The notes under the pieces: model-generated | Databases searched by the model: none | What the model was told of the DNA's origin: nothing | The model's input: the letters and a program-made list of their open reading frames with translations, nothing else | In this document: positions 1 to 9,054 of the stretch, in pieces | Layout of the letters: every line of letters starts with the position of its first letter | Numbering within the stretch: position 1 is the stretch's first letter | Origin: an uncultured Rhodospirillaceae bacterium | GTDB lineage: Bacteria; Pseudomonadota; Alphaproteobacteria; Micavibrionales; UBA2020 | Reading direction: 5' to 3' | NCBI GenBank assembly: GCA_964349475.1 | Contig: CAYGGT010000006.1 | Location: 1 to 42,113 of the forward strand | Length of the DNA stretch: 42,113 bases | Program-made: the position numbers and the translations under genes

Positions 1-335
1 TCGTAAACGTAGTCGGCATGGCCGGGGCGATACTTGTCTTTATTCTCTTCATAGTCCTTGGAACGCGCATCGGTATTCTCGATCATCAGGCTGATCGGCG
101 CGCCTGTCGTTTTCCCCTCGAACGTGCCGGAGAGAATTTTGACTTTATCCTCTTCCTGCCGCTGCGACATGAAACGGTTCTGCCCCGGTTTTCGTTTATC
201 GAGAAACTGCTGGATATATTGCTCGTCAATCTCAAGGCGCGGCGGCACGCCATCCACGACGCAACCGATCGCCGGCCCATGGCTCTCGCCCCAGGTCGTA
301 TAACGGAATAATGTGCCGAAAGTGTTGGAGGACAT
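1..335 (-). CDS. aroC: Chorismate synthase, N-terminal part (3' end lies outside the window)
   Basis: The reverse-strand translation from the ATG at 335 reads [95 protein letters not shown]...YRPGHADY. This is collinear with the conserved AroC N-terminus. It is absent from the ORF track because the window edge truncates it. Confidence 0.85.
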   Translation of the reverse strand, partial: MSSNTFGTLFRYTTWGESHGPAIGCVVDGVPPRLEIDEQYIQQFLDKRKPGQNRFMSQRQEEDKVKILSGTFEGKTTGAPISLMIENTDARSKDYEENKDKYRPGHADYVY

Positions 336-1190
336 TTAAGAAGAAATTCCGTTCAGCAATTCCGCCGTCTGCTTTGCTGAATCGACGCAGACCATGCCGG
401 TGGTGTTATACCCTGAATCAACATAAAGAATTTCACCGGTGACGCCGGACCCGAGATCGCTGAGCAAAAACAGCCCCGCCCCGCCGACTTCCTGCGTGGT
501 CACGTTGCGGCGCAGCGGAGAATTCAGTTCGTTCCATTTCAGGATGTACCGGAAGTCGCCGATGCCGCTGGCGGCAAGCGTCTTGATCGGGCCTGCGCTA
601 ATCGCGTTAACGCGGATATTATTTTTACCAACGTCACTCGCCAGATAACGCACGGAGGCCTCCAGCGCCGCCTTGGCAACGCCCATGACATTGTAATGCG
701 GCATCACGCGCTCCGCGCCATGATAGGTCATGGTGATCAGGCTGCCGCCGTTTTTCATCAACGGCACGGCACGTTGCGCGACGGCGGTGAAAGAGTAAAC
801 CGAAATATCCATTGTCTTCAGAAAGTTATCGCGGGTGGTATCGAGATACATGCCGTTCAGCTCATTCTTGTCGGAATAAGCGATGGCATGGACAAGAAAA
901 TCCAGACCGCCCCACTCTTTTTCAATCGCCGCAAAAACATGATCGATGCTTTTCGCATCGGTCACATCGCAAGGCACAATGATTTTTGAACCGACTGAAT
1001 CCGCCAAAGGCCGAACGCGTTTTTCAAGCGCATCCCCCTGAAACGTGAAAGCCAATTCCGCGCCATGACGATGCACCTGCTCGGCGATGCCCCAGGCAAT
1101 CGACCGTTCATTCGCCACGCCCATAATCAGGCCGCGCTTGCCTTTCATCAAAGAATCGGGGGATATCATACTGCTTCTCTCATTGTTCAT
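336..1190 (-). CDS. fabI: Enoyl-[acyl-carrier-protein] reductase (NADH), FabI
   Basis: FabI-type motifs are LMKGKRGLIMGVANERSIAWGIA, YHGAERVMPHYNVMGVAKAALEASVRYLA and IRVNAISAGPIKTLAASGI. The true start may be the internal Met at 1169. The stop directly abuts the aroC start. Confidence 0.9.
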   Translation of the reverse strand: MNNERSSMISPDSLMKGKRGLIMGVANERSIAWGIAEQVHRHGAELAFTFQGDALEKRVRPLADSVGSKIIVPCDVTDAKSIDHVFAAIEKEWGGLDFLVHAIAYSDKNELNGMYLDTTRDNFLKTMDISVYSFTAVAQRAVPLMKNGGSLITMTYHGAERVMPHYNVMGVAKAALEASVRYLASDVGKNNIRVNAISAGPIKTLAASGIGDFRYILKWNELNSPLRRNVTTQEVGGAGLFLLSDLGSGVTGEILYVDSGYNTTGMVCVDSAKQTAELLNGISS

Positions 1191-1330
1191 ATCTGCGCAT
1201 CCTACACCATTAAATACGTACGTCCAGACAATAAAAGATATTATGAAACTTATCCCCTCTTTACCTTTGCGGCACCTGTGACTTTCAGTTATTATTAAAT
1301 ATCAAGTGAACGATAAAAGGTTGATACGCT

Positions 1331-2761
1331 TTGATAGAACTTCGCACCTCCTGGAAACATTTTCTCTGGCGCCATCGTCATGCGGTAAGCCAGATCAAAA
1401 CTGTCGCCGTCAGCTTCCTGGCTGTTTACGGCGTTTTGTTTTTTTCCTTCAAAGAAGACGGAGCGATTGTATCCGCGCCATTACCGGTTAAAACTGCTTT
1501 TATCGCGCCGCAACCGAATATCATCGAGCAACGCGCGCCGGAAGGGCCGCCACTGCCAACGCCCCTGCGGGAAAATATCGCCAGCCAGATTTCAAAAGAT
1601 ATTTCCGGCATACTGGAAATCGAATCTGAGCCGCGCTCTTCCGAAAGGAAAGTCGTTGTCGGCAAAGGCGATACGCTGATGAACCTGCTGGTTAAAAAGG
1701 CGGCTGTTTCGCAGCAAGATGCCTATCAGGTCGTCCAGGCCCTGCGCAAAGTCTATGACCCCCGCGACCTCAACCCAGGGCGCGAAATCACGGTCTTTTT
1801 TCACAAAGATCCGGCGATCGCCGACCCGAAATTCAGCGGTATACGCATTGAAAAAGATATCGCCAACATCGTCACCATCGACCGGGGCGATGACGGCCGC
1901 TATACCGCCACGAAAGCGGAAAAAAACCTGCACCGCACGCTCAAGGCATTCAAGGGCACCATCAGCAATTCTCTCTACGTTGATGCCAAAAGCGCCGGGA
2001 TGCCGGATGCCCTTATCCTCGACCTGATCAAGATGTATTCGTGGAACGTCGATTTCCAGCGTGAAGTGCATGCCGGCGACATGTTCGAGGTCATGTACGA
2101 GGAATATAAAACCGAAGACGGCAAAATAGTGCCCGGCAAAAGCGATATTCTCTATGCAAAACTGGCGCTCGGCGGCAACAACATGCCCTTCACCCGCTTT
2201 GAAGATGCAAAAGGCGTGGCCGATTATTACGACGACAAAGGCCGCTCGGTAAAAAAACCACTGATGAAAACGCCGATCGACGGCGCCCGGCTTTCTTCCG
2301 GTTACGGCATGCGGCGACACCCGGTTCTGGGTTACAGCAAAATGCACAAGGGCATTGATTTCGCGGCACCGCGCGGCACACCGATTTACGCGGCAGGCGA
2401 CGGCACCGTTGCAAAGATCGGCCCTTTCAGCAGCTACGGCAACTACATCCGCATCCGCCACCGGGCGGGGCTTGAAACGGCCTATGCCCATATGAAAGGG
2501 TTTAAATCCGGCTTGCGTTCCGGCAGTCGCGTAAAACAGGGCCAGATTATCGGCTACGTCGGCACCACAGGGCGCTCCACCGGCCCGCATCTCCATTATG
2601 AAGTCGTCGTCAACAATAAACAGGCGAACCCCGCTTCCATCAAACTGCCGACGGGCCGCGCGCTGAAAGGCAAGGAGCTGCAATCGTTCCAGCGCGTTCT
2701 CGCTCAGGCGCAGGAAAAATTCAATGCCCTCGGCCGCGCCACGGCGCTCGCCGCCAATTAA
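1331..2761 (+). CDS. Membrane-anchored M23 family metallopeptidase with a LysM/OapA-like region
   Basis: M23 motifs are HKGIDFAAPRGTPIYAAGDGTV, NYIRIRH, AYAHM and GYVGTTGRSTGPHLHYEV. There is an N-terminal hydrophobic anchor (VAVSFLAVYGVLFF) and a VVVGKGDTLMNLL LysM-like segment. Confidence 0.85.
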   Translation: MIELRTSWKHFLWRHRHAVSQIKTVAVSFLAVYGVLFFSFKEDGAIVSAPLPVKTAFIAPQPNIIEQRAPEGPPLPTPLRENIASQISKDISGILEIESEPRSSERKVVVGKGDTLMNLLVKKAAVSQQDAYQVVQALRKVYDPRDLNPGREITVFFHKDPAIADPKFSGIRIEKDIANIVTIDRGDDGRYTATKAEKNLHRTLKAFKGTISNSLYVDAKSAGMPDALILDLIKMYSWNVDFQREVHAGDMFEVMYEEYKTEDGKIVPGKSDILYAKLALGGNNMPFTRFEDAKGVADYYDDKGRSVKKPLMKTPIDGARLSSGYGMRRHPVLGYSKMHKGIDFAAPRGTPIYAAGDGTVAKIGPFSSYGNYIRIRHRAGLETAYAHMKGFKSGLRSGSRVKQGQIIGYVGTTGRSTGPHLHYEVVVNNKQANPASIKLPTGRALKGKELQSFQRVLAQAQEKFNALGRATALAAN

Positions 2762-3274
2762 ATGACCTGGATCGTCGCCGGGCTGGAAGCAAAAACGGAT
2801 ATTCTGAGACAAATCCACGCTCTTGAACCCTGCCAGCGCTTTCAACCCGAAAGCGCCGCCGTGGATACGCTGCCGCTGCCTTTTTACCAAGGCGGCCTAT
2901 TGATCCGCTGCCGCGACAGGGGCTGGCGCGAGTCCGGCGATTACCTCTGGTACGTCAAACTACCGGGCCAGGAAATAATCGCGCTCGACGGCAGCGTCGC
3001 CAATATCCATCACCTCAATTTTCACGCCGGACTGCGCCTGACAGAGGCGCTGCTTCCCGCTTACCTGAAATTCCGGCTTTTTTTCGGCAAGGAGGGTGAG
3101 AACCGTCGTGGCATCGTCGAAGACAGGCCCGTCGCAATAGAAATGTCCGGCGCCGATTTTATCTGCACGTGTTCGTTCCATGAAGAACACAAGCTCTATA
3201 CCGGACGCTTTAAAATCACCCTGCGCGGCGAAACCGAGCTGCTGGAAAAAAACCTTCGACCGGCCGATTGTTGA
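2762..3274 (+). CDS. Hypothetical protein, paralog of the ORF at 9055-9678
   Basis: The ATG immediately follows the TAA of the M23 peptidase gene. It shares the motifs LPFY, LDGS..IH..N, YL+F and RF with ORF 9055-9678. I recognise no known domain. Confidence 0.6.
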   Translation: MTWIVAGLEAKTDILRQIHALEPCQRFQPESAAVDTLPLPFYQGGLLIRCRDRGWRESGDYLWYVKLPGQEIIALDGSVANIHHLNFHAGLRLTEALLPAYLKFRLFFGKEGENRRGIVEDRPVAIEMSGADFICTCSFHEEHKLYTGRFKITLRGETELLEKNLRPADC

Positions 3275-3338
3275 CATAGTACAAAGAATCGGATACAGCT
3301 CCCGTGTTTATAGACACTTTAAAAACGGAAAGAAAATA

Positions 3339-3668
3339 ATGACACTAGGAAAGATATTTAACGCTGCCGTGCTCGGCGTCGCTCTGGTCAGTGCCTTAGA
3401 CGCAGCCATCGTCCCGGCGACAGCTGAGATTGTCCAAGTAGATCCATCTCAAGTATGCCAGATTCGGGAAGCAATCGTGTACCGTAAAGAATCAAGATTG
3501 TACGACTACGATCTCGAAACAGTCTCGCAAATGTACCGCGAGAATTTTGAGACGAGCATCTCTTCAATTTCAGTCACGGCCTTAACACCCACAGGGCTAA
3601 AAAAATATAAAGAAATGGCGCAGTATCTTTCCCAAGCCTGCAAGACGCTCCACGGATTTAACAAGTAG
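3339..3668 (+). CDS. Small exported hypothetical protein
   Basis: The internal ATG at 3339 gives MTLGKIFNAAVLGVALVSALDAAIVPATA, a signal-peptide-like N-terminus. The mature part has two Cys. By eye the codon usage is more AT-rich than in neighbouring genes. The ORF-track start at 3180 overlaps the upstream gene and was discarded. Confidence 0.5.
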   Translation: MTLGKIFNAAVLGVALVSALDAAIVPATAEIVQVDPSQVCQIREAIVYRKESRLYDYDLETVSQMYRENFETSISSISVTALTPTGLKKYKEMAQYLSQACKTLHGFNK

Positions 3669-3675
3669 CCTGACC

Positions 3676-5166
3676 CTATTCGCAATGCTCCGCCACAAAG
3701 CGATCCAGCAGCCGCACGCCGAAAGCGGTGGCGCCCTTCGGCACGCTGGGGCGGTCTTTGGCCGACCAGGCCATGCCGGCAATATCCAGATGCGCCCAGG
3801 CGACGCCCTTCTGAATAAAGCGTTTCAGGAAATGCGCGCCGATGGCGCTGCCGGCGCCGCCGCTGCCGATATTCTTCATGTCAGCGGCAGGTGAATCGAT
3901 GTCCTTATCCCATGCATCATGCAACGGCATCGGCCAGAGCAACTCGCCAACCTCTTTCCCCGCGTCGATCAGGTGTTGAGAAAGCTTGTCGTCGTTGGCA
4001 AAAACCGCCCCGTATTCATGGCCGAGCGCCACGATCACCGCGCCCGTCAGCGTGGCAAGGTCCACGATCTGCGTCGGCTTGAATTTTTCCTGACAGTACC
4101 ATAGCGCATCGCACAAAATCATGCGGCCTTCGGCATCGGTATTGAGAATTTCGACAGTCTGGCCCGACATGGTCGTGACAATATCGCCGGGCCGGCTGGC
4201 CGTGCCTGACGGCATATTTTCCGCCAGCGCCACCACGCCGACCACGTTCGCCTTCGCCTGCCGCCCGGCCAGCATTTTCATCAGGCCGGTGACGGCGGCG
4301 GCACCCGCCATATCCCATTTCATGTCGCCCATGTTGGGGCCGGGCTTTAAAGAAATACCGCCGGTATCGAAGGTCACGCCCTTGCCGACGAAAGCGATGT
4401 TTTTCTGGTTTTTGCTGCCCCCCTTGTAATGCATCGTCACCAGTTTTTCTTCCTGCGCGCTGCCCTGACCGACGGAGGCCAGCGCGCCCATGCCGAGTTT
4501 CAGAATATCTTTTCTGTGCAACACCTTCACTTCAACGCCAAGCGGCGTCAACTCACGCCGGATAATATCGGCGAAGCTTGCGGGATAAAGCACGTTTGGC
4601 GCTTCCGACACAAGATCACGCGTCAGGAACACGGCGTCTGCCAGCTTGCGGCTGGCGTCGAATTGCCTGCGGGCTGCGGCATCCGCATCCAACATCACCG
4701 CGACGGACGTGAGCGTCGGCTTTTTTTCTTTCGGTTCTTTCGTCCGGTATTTATCAAAACGATAACTGTTCAGCAGCATGCCGGTGGCAAGGCTGCTCGC
4801 TGCCGCTTCCGCGCCCAGATGTTTGATGCCCGTCGAAAAAAGAATTTGCGCCGAAACAGCTTTGGCGCCATTTAAAACGGGAACAAGGCTGCTGCCAATT
4901 TTTTCAAAATCCTGTAATGTTAAGTCCTTGAGTTTTTCAAGCCCCACCACCAGAATATGGGCCGCGGATACGCCTTCCGGTCCCGGAATCACCAGAATCT
5001 TGCCTTTCTTTCCCTGAAATTCTTCGGCCTTCATCGCCCGTTGAATAGCACCGCCGCTCTTTTTATCCAAAGCCGCGGCAGGTTCCGTCAGTGCCGCGCC
5101 CTCGGTCGCAAAAACGACGTAAGCGCCTGGTTTATGGCTGGATTTCTTCTCAAAGCTGATTTTCAT
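3676..5166 (-). CDS. pepA: Leucyl aminopeptidase (M17 family)
   Basis: The M17 signature NTDAEGRMILCDAL is present, along with VGKGVTFDTGGISLKP and DMKWDMAGAA. The likely start is MKISFEKK at 5166 rather than the 5220 extension. Divergent pepA/lptF synteny matches other proteobacteria. Confidence 0.9.
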   Translation of the reverse strand: MKISFEKKSSHKPGAYVVFATEGAALTEPAAALDKKSGGAIQRAMKAEEFQGKKGKILVIPGPEGVSAAHILVVGLEKLKDLTLQDFEKIGSSLVPVLNGAKAVSAQILFSTGIKHLGAEAAASSLATGMLLNSYRFDKYRTKEPKEKKPTLTSVAVMLDADAAARRQFDASRKLADAVFLTRDLVSEAPNVLYPASFADIIRRELTPLGVEVKVLHRKDILKLGMGALASVGQGSAQEEKLVTMHYKGGSKNQKNIAFVGKGVTFDTGGISLKPGPNMGDMKWDMAGAAAVTGLMKMLAGRQAKANVVGVVALAENMPSGTASRPGDIVTTMSGQTVEILNTDAEGRMILCDALWYCQEKFKPTQIVDLATLTGAVIVALGHEYGAVFANDDKLSQHLIDAGKEVGELLWPMPLHDAWDKDIDSPAADMKNIGSGGAGSAIGAHFLKRFIQKGVAWAHLDIAGMAWSAKDRPSVPKGATAFGVRLLDRFVAEHCE

Positions 5167-5209
5167 GGCGAATCTTTCTTTTTTATGCCGGAGAATATAA
5201 AGTGATAAC

Positions 5210-6364
5210 ATGTTGGTCACACGCTATCTATTTAAAAACTTGTTCAACGCGACGGTCTTTGTCGCGCTGACATTGACGCTGGTGATTTTGCTGACGCAGT
5301 CCCTGAAACTTTTAGAGCTGGTGGCGATTTCTGATGCACCGCCCAGTCTATTCATAAGGCTTGTCGTTTTAACTTTACCAAAATTTCTGGAAATTATTCT
5401 GCCTTTATCTTTGGTGGTGGCCGTTTTATTCAGTTATAATAAATTAATTATGGATAATGAACTGATCGTGCTGCGCGCCAGCGGCGTGGATCAATACGCG
5501 CTCGGCCGCCCGGCGATGCTGCTGGCGATCATCACCAGTCTGCTGGTCTTGCTGCTGAGCACCTGGGTGACGCCTGCCTGTGCGGGCAAGATCCAGCTGC
5601 TGCGGCAGGAGGTCAGAACGCAATACTCGGCCTTCCTGCTGCGCGAAGGGATTTTTAATACCTTCGGCAACAACCTGACGATTTACCTGCGGGAGCGAAA
5701 AGAAAACGGCGATATGATCGGGCTGGTCATTCACGACACCCGCGACAAAGAAAAACCGCCAGTGACCATCCTCGCCAAAAAAGGGCGCGTCGAGATGGAT
5801 GGCGATATCCCCAATATCGTGGTGATCGAGGGCATGCGGCAGCAGATGGATATAAAAGCCGGCGCGCTTTCCAAGCTGTATTTTTCCCGCTATACCATCG
5901 AGATCAGCGGATTACAGGGCGCGGAACAAGCGCATTGGCGCGGCGCCGGCGAGCGCACCCTGCCGGAGCTTTTTAATCCTGACATCCGTAATCAGCGCGA
6001 CCGCGCCAACCGCGAGCTTTTCCTGGCCGAGGCCAACGATCGTCTTGTGACGCCCTGGAACGCGCTGGGCTTCACCATGACGGCGCTGGCATCCGTGCTG
6101 CTCGGCCCGTTTAACCGCCGGGGCCAGCATAAAAAGGTCTTGCTGGGGGCGGTGCTGGTCGTGCTGCTGCAAACCCTTAATCTGGTTTTTGTCAACCTGT
6201 CCAAAAAATACCTGGGCGCGGTGTTTTTGGTTCACCTCAACACTTTCTTGCCGGTCCTTTTCGGCGTTTACTTCCTGCATCTCACCGGCGAGCAAAAACT
6301 GATGTCGCTCATCCGGCGCTGGAATGCCTATATCAACCGTCACATGGGGGCGCTTTCCGCATGA
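5210..6364 (+). CDS. lptF: LPS export ABC transporter permease LptF
   Basis: This is a YjgP/YjgQ-type permease. Its N-terminus is MLVTRYLFKNLF, it has multiple hydrophobic segments, it lies divergent from pepA and it is followed by lptG with an ATGA overlap. Confidence 0.85.
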   Translation: MLVTRYLFKNLFNATVFVALTLTLVILLTQSLKLLELVAISDAPPSLFIRLVVLTLPKFLEIILPLSLVVAVLFSYNKLIMDNELIVLRASGVDQYALGRPAMLLAIITSLLVLLLSTWVTPACAGKIQLLRQEVRTQYSAFLLREGIFNTFGNNLTIYLRERKENGDMIGLVIHDTRDKEKPPVTILAKKGRVEMDGDIPNIVVIEGMRQQMDIKAGALSKLYFSRYTIEISGLQGAEQAHWRGAGERTLPELFNPDIRNQRDRANRELFLAEANDRLVTPWNALGFTMTALASVLLGPFNRRGQHKKVLLGAVLVVLLQTLNLVFVNLSKKYLGAVFLVHLNTFLPVLFGVYFLHLTGEQKLMSLIRRWNAYINRHMGALSA

Positions 6365-7533
6365 TCACCGCCTCTTCCACGTTGTTCCGTTATATCAGCC
6401 GGCAGTTTCTGGTTCACTTCGCCATCCTGACGCTCATACTGCTGGGCATCCTGTTGATCTTCGATACCGTTGAATCCCTGCGGCGCACCGCCAGCATGGC
6501 GCAGATCCCCTTTGGTTTGATCTTGTCGATGTCGTTCATGAAACTGCCCTGGCTGGGGGAGCGCCTCCTGCCGGTGGCCGTTTTATTCGCCGCGATTTAC
6601 ACCTGCTGGAAACTCAACCGGACGAGCGAACTGGTCGTGATCCGCTCTGCCGGACTCTCCGTCTGGCAGTTCCTCAGCCCCCTGGTGATCTGCGCCCTGG
6701 CGATCGGTTTCCTGTCCACCACCGTGCTCAACCCCATTGCCTCCACTTTCCTAAGCAAGCATCAGCGCCTCGACAGGGTCCATTTTCAGAACAAGACTAA
6801 CTTGGTCACCGTTTCAAAAACCGGCATCTGGCTGCGTCAGCCGTTTGATCATTCAGAAGCCGGGTCCGCGCATGTCAATTCAGGCGCCGGGTCCGCGCAT
6901 GTCAATTCAGGCGCCGGGTCCGCGCCTGGAGGCTATGCCCTCATCCATTCTGAAAATTTTATTCAGAAAGACTGGCAGCTCAATAAGGTGACTATTCTCT
7001 TTTTTGACAATGATAATAACTTCCTCCGCCGAATCGACAGCCCTGTCACTCACCTAAAAGACGGCTATTGGGAAATTCTGCAGCCTCTTTTCAGCGACAA
7101 GGGCGGCGCGCAGCGCACTGAAATTTACAAACTCCCCACCGAACTGACGTCGCGGAAGATCGAAGAATCCTTCGCCGACCCCGATACCATCTCTTTCTGG
7201 AACATACCCGAATATATTCATGTCATGGAGGAAACGGGATTCCCCGCAACCCGGCTGTATATCCACTTTCATGCGCTGCTGGCACAACCCCTCCTTTTCG
7301 TCGCCCTGATTTTCCTCGCCGCCACCTTTTCACTCCGCCCGCCAAGATCAGGGGGGGTCGCTTCGCTGATTGTGCTTGGCATTGCGGCGGGATTCTTTAT
7401 ATTCTTCATGGAACAGATACTGCAGGCATTCGGTATTTCTCAAAAAATACCTGCTCATTTGGCAGCATGGAGTCCGGCACTTATCGGCTTGCTTCTAGGG
7501 GGGACGGCGCTTTTGCATCTGGAAGACGGCTAA
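6361..7533 (+). CDS. lptG: LPS export ABC transporter permease LptG
   Basis: This is a YjgP/YjgQ-type permease (LFRYISRQFL, C-terminal TM bundle). It is start/stop-coupled to lptF. Confidence 0.85.
   Translation: MITASSTLFRYISRQFLVHFAILTLILLGILLIFDTVESLRRTASMAQIPFGLILSMSFMKLPWLGERLLPVAVLFAAIYTCWKLNRTSELVVIRSAGLSVWQFLSPLVICALAIGFLSTTVLNPIASTFLSKHQRLDRVHFQNKTNLVTVSKTGIWLRQPFDHSEAGSAHVNSGAGSAHVNSGAGSAPGGYALIHSENFIQKDWQLNKVTILFFDNDNNFLRRIDSPVTHLKDGYWEILQPLFSDKGGAQRTEIYKLPTELTSRKIEESFADPDTISFWNIPEYIHVMEETGFPATRLYIHFHALLAQPLLFVALIFLAATFSLRPPRSGGVASLIVLGIAAGFFIFFMEQILQAFGISQKIPAHLAAWSPALIGLLLGGTALLHLEDG
6851..6925 (+). repeat. 27-bp in-frame tandem repeat (about 2.8 copies) inside lptG
   Basis: Copy 1 is attcagaagccgggtccgcgcatgtca (6851-6877). 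Copy 2 is attcaggcgccgggtccgcgcatgtca (6878-6904). A partial third copy is attcaggcgccgggtccgcgc (6905-6925). Together they encode SEAGSAHVN-SGAGSAHVN-SGAGSA. Confidence 0.95.
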
Positions 7534-7609
7534 GAAACAAATTAAAGATTAACGATTGAGTAATTCAAAAAGGTTACAGTATATTCAAGATAAGGAATCT
7601 GGTGATTGC

Positions 7610-8374
7610 ATGTTTAAGTCTATCTTAAATCTTTTCCTGACCGTCGCCTGCGTGTCACTCCTGCTCGGTGCCTGCGCAAAAGCGCAACAGCCCAACGTCG
7701 CCGCCGGCGCGCACGAAATAGCTGACCCCATCGAACCCGTCAACCGTTTTATCTTTGGCTTTAACGATGTCGTTGACAGGCTTTTGATAGAACCTGTCGC
7801 CAAGGGCTATAAGGCGGTGCTGCCCTCTTTCGTCCGCGATGCGATCCAAAGCTTCGTCCGCAACCTGCAGTCCCCCGTCATTTTCGCCAATAACATTCTC
7901 CAGGGCCAGGTCGGGGATGCCGGCATAACCGCCGCGCGCTTCCTGATCAACAGCACTGTCGGTATCGCCGGCCTGGTCGATGTCGCCAAGGCGCAGGGCC
8001 TGACCTATCAGGATGAGGATTTCGGGCAGACCCTCGCGGTGTGGGGAGTCGGCGATGGCTTCTACCTCGTTCTGCCGATCCTGGGGCCGTCTTCGCTGCG
8101 CGACACGGCGGGCCTTGTCGCGGATTCTTTCGCCGATCCGGTCCGTATTGTCTCGTCTAACACCGACAACGAATGGATTTATTATACGGTCGGTGCGGTC
8201 AAGGGCATTGATACGCGTTCGCGCATCATCACCGCCGTAGACGATCTGCGCCGGAACAGTCTTGATTACTACGCCGCTGCCCGCAGCGCTTACGGACAGC
8301 AGCGCCAGGTGCTCATCCGCAACGGAAAACCGGGCGCGACCCCGCAGGCGCCAAGCTATGACGACGCTCAATAA
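7610..8374 (+). CDS. mlaA: Outer-membrane lipoprotein MlaA/VacJ
   Basis: A lipobox is present (LLLGAC in MFKSILNLFLTVACVSLLLGACA). MlaA motifs are DPIEPVNRFIFGFNDVVD and NNILQG. The start was chosen at the ATG at 7610. Confidence 0.85.
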   Translation: MFKSILNLFLTVACVSLLLGACAKAQQPNVAAGAHEIADPIEPVNRFIFGFNDVVDRLLIEPVAKGYKAVLPSFVRDAIQSFVRNLQSPVIFANNILQGQVGDAGITAARFLINSTVGIAGLVDVAKAQGLTYQDEDFGQTLAVWGVGDGFYLVLPILGPSSLRDTAGLVADSFADPVRIVSSNTDNEWIYYTVGAVKGIDTRSRIITAVDDLRRNSLDYYAAARSAYGQQRQVLIRNGKPGATPQAPSYDDAQ

Positions 8375-8401
8375 CCAAAAAGAAAAGGCAAGCCCAGAGA
8401 C

Positions 8402-9043
8402 ATGAGAATTTTTATATCTCTTTTCACCACGATCCTGTTTCTGGCTGTCGCCTTTTCTGCCGTGGCCGCTTCTGAATCGGCGGAGCGTGCCGGCGCGTCG
8501 CAAAGCCAGCCCGCCGTGTTCGTGCAGAAACTGGGCGATACCGCCCTCATGTCCCTCACCGCCAAAAACGTCAGCCGCACAACGCGCGAAAAACGCGTGC
8601 GCGAAATTCTACAAAACAACTTCGATATCCGCACGATCGGGAAATTTGCCCTCGGCACGCACTGGAAGTCGGCCTCCGAAACGCAGCGTATGGAATACAT
8701 GAACCTTTTCGAAGATATGATCGTTCAGACCTATACCACGCGGTTTGAGGATTATTCCGGCCAGCAGCTGAAAGTCGACGGCTCGGTCTCCTCCGGTGAA
8801 AAAGATTTTATCGTTGCAAGCCAGGTGCTGCAAAAAGACGGACCTCCCGTCAACCTCGAATGGCGGGTGCGTAACAACGAAGGCATGCTCAGGATCGTGG
8901 ATGTCGTGGTCGAAGGCGTCAGCATGAGCGTCACTCAGCGCTCGGACTTCTCCGCCGTCATCCAGCGCAACGGGGGCAGCATCGATGCGCTGCTGACATC
9001 GCTCCGCGAAAGAAAAAAATCAGCGGCGCGTCAAAAAATCTGA
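8402..9043 (+). CDS. mlaC: Periplasmic phospholipid-binding protein MlaC (Ttg2D family)
   Basis: It has a signal peptide (MRIFISLFTTILFLAVAFSAVAA). The MlaC-like core reads FDIRTIGKFALGTHWKSASETQRMEYMNLFEDMIVQTY. It is adjacent to mlaA. Confidence 0.75.
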   Translation: MRIFISLFTTILFLAVAFSAVAASESAERAGASQSQPAVFVQKLGDTALMSLTAKNVSRTTREKRVREILQNNFDIRTIGKFALGTHWKSASETQRMEYMNLFEDMIVQTYTTRFEDYSGQQLKVDGSVSSGEKDFIVASQVLQKDGPPVNLEWRVRNNEGMLRIVDVVVEGVSMSVTQRSDFSAVIQRNGGSIDALLTSLRERKKSAARQKI

Positions 9044-9054
9044 TTGATCTGGAA

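Noticed and set aside
18-311. A 97-aa plus-strand ORF at the window start, plus overlapping ORFs at 58-303 (plus strand) and 86-280 (minus strand, in another reading frame).
   Set aside because: The minus strand, in another frame, encodes an unmistakable chorismate synthase N-terminus.
1592-2890. A 432-aa minus-strand ORF opposite the M23 peptidase gene.
   Set aside because: The plus-strand frame has clear M23 catalytic motifs. The antisense translation has no recognisable domain and shows the compositional bias of a shadow frame.
5167-5209. A very short (43 bp) divergent pepA-lptF intergenic region as a potential shared regulatory element.
   Set aside because: I could discern no palindrome or promoter-like hexamers. 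The start-codon choices on both sides are uncertain enough that the true spacer length is unknown.
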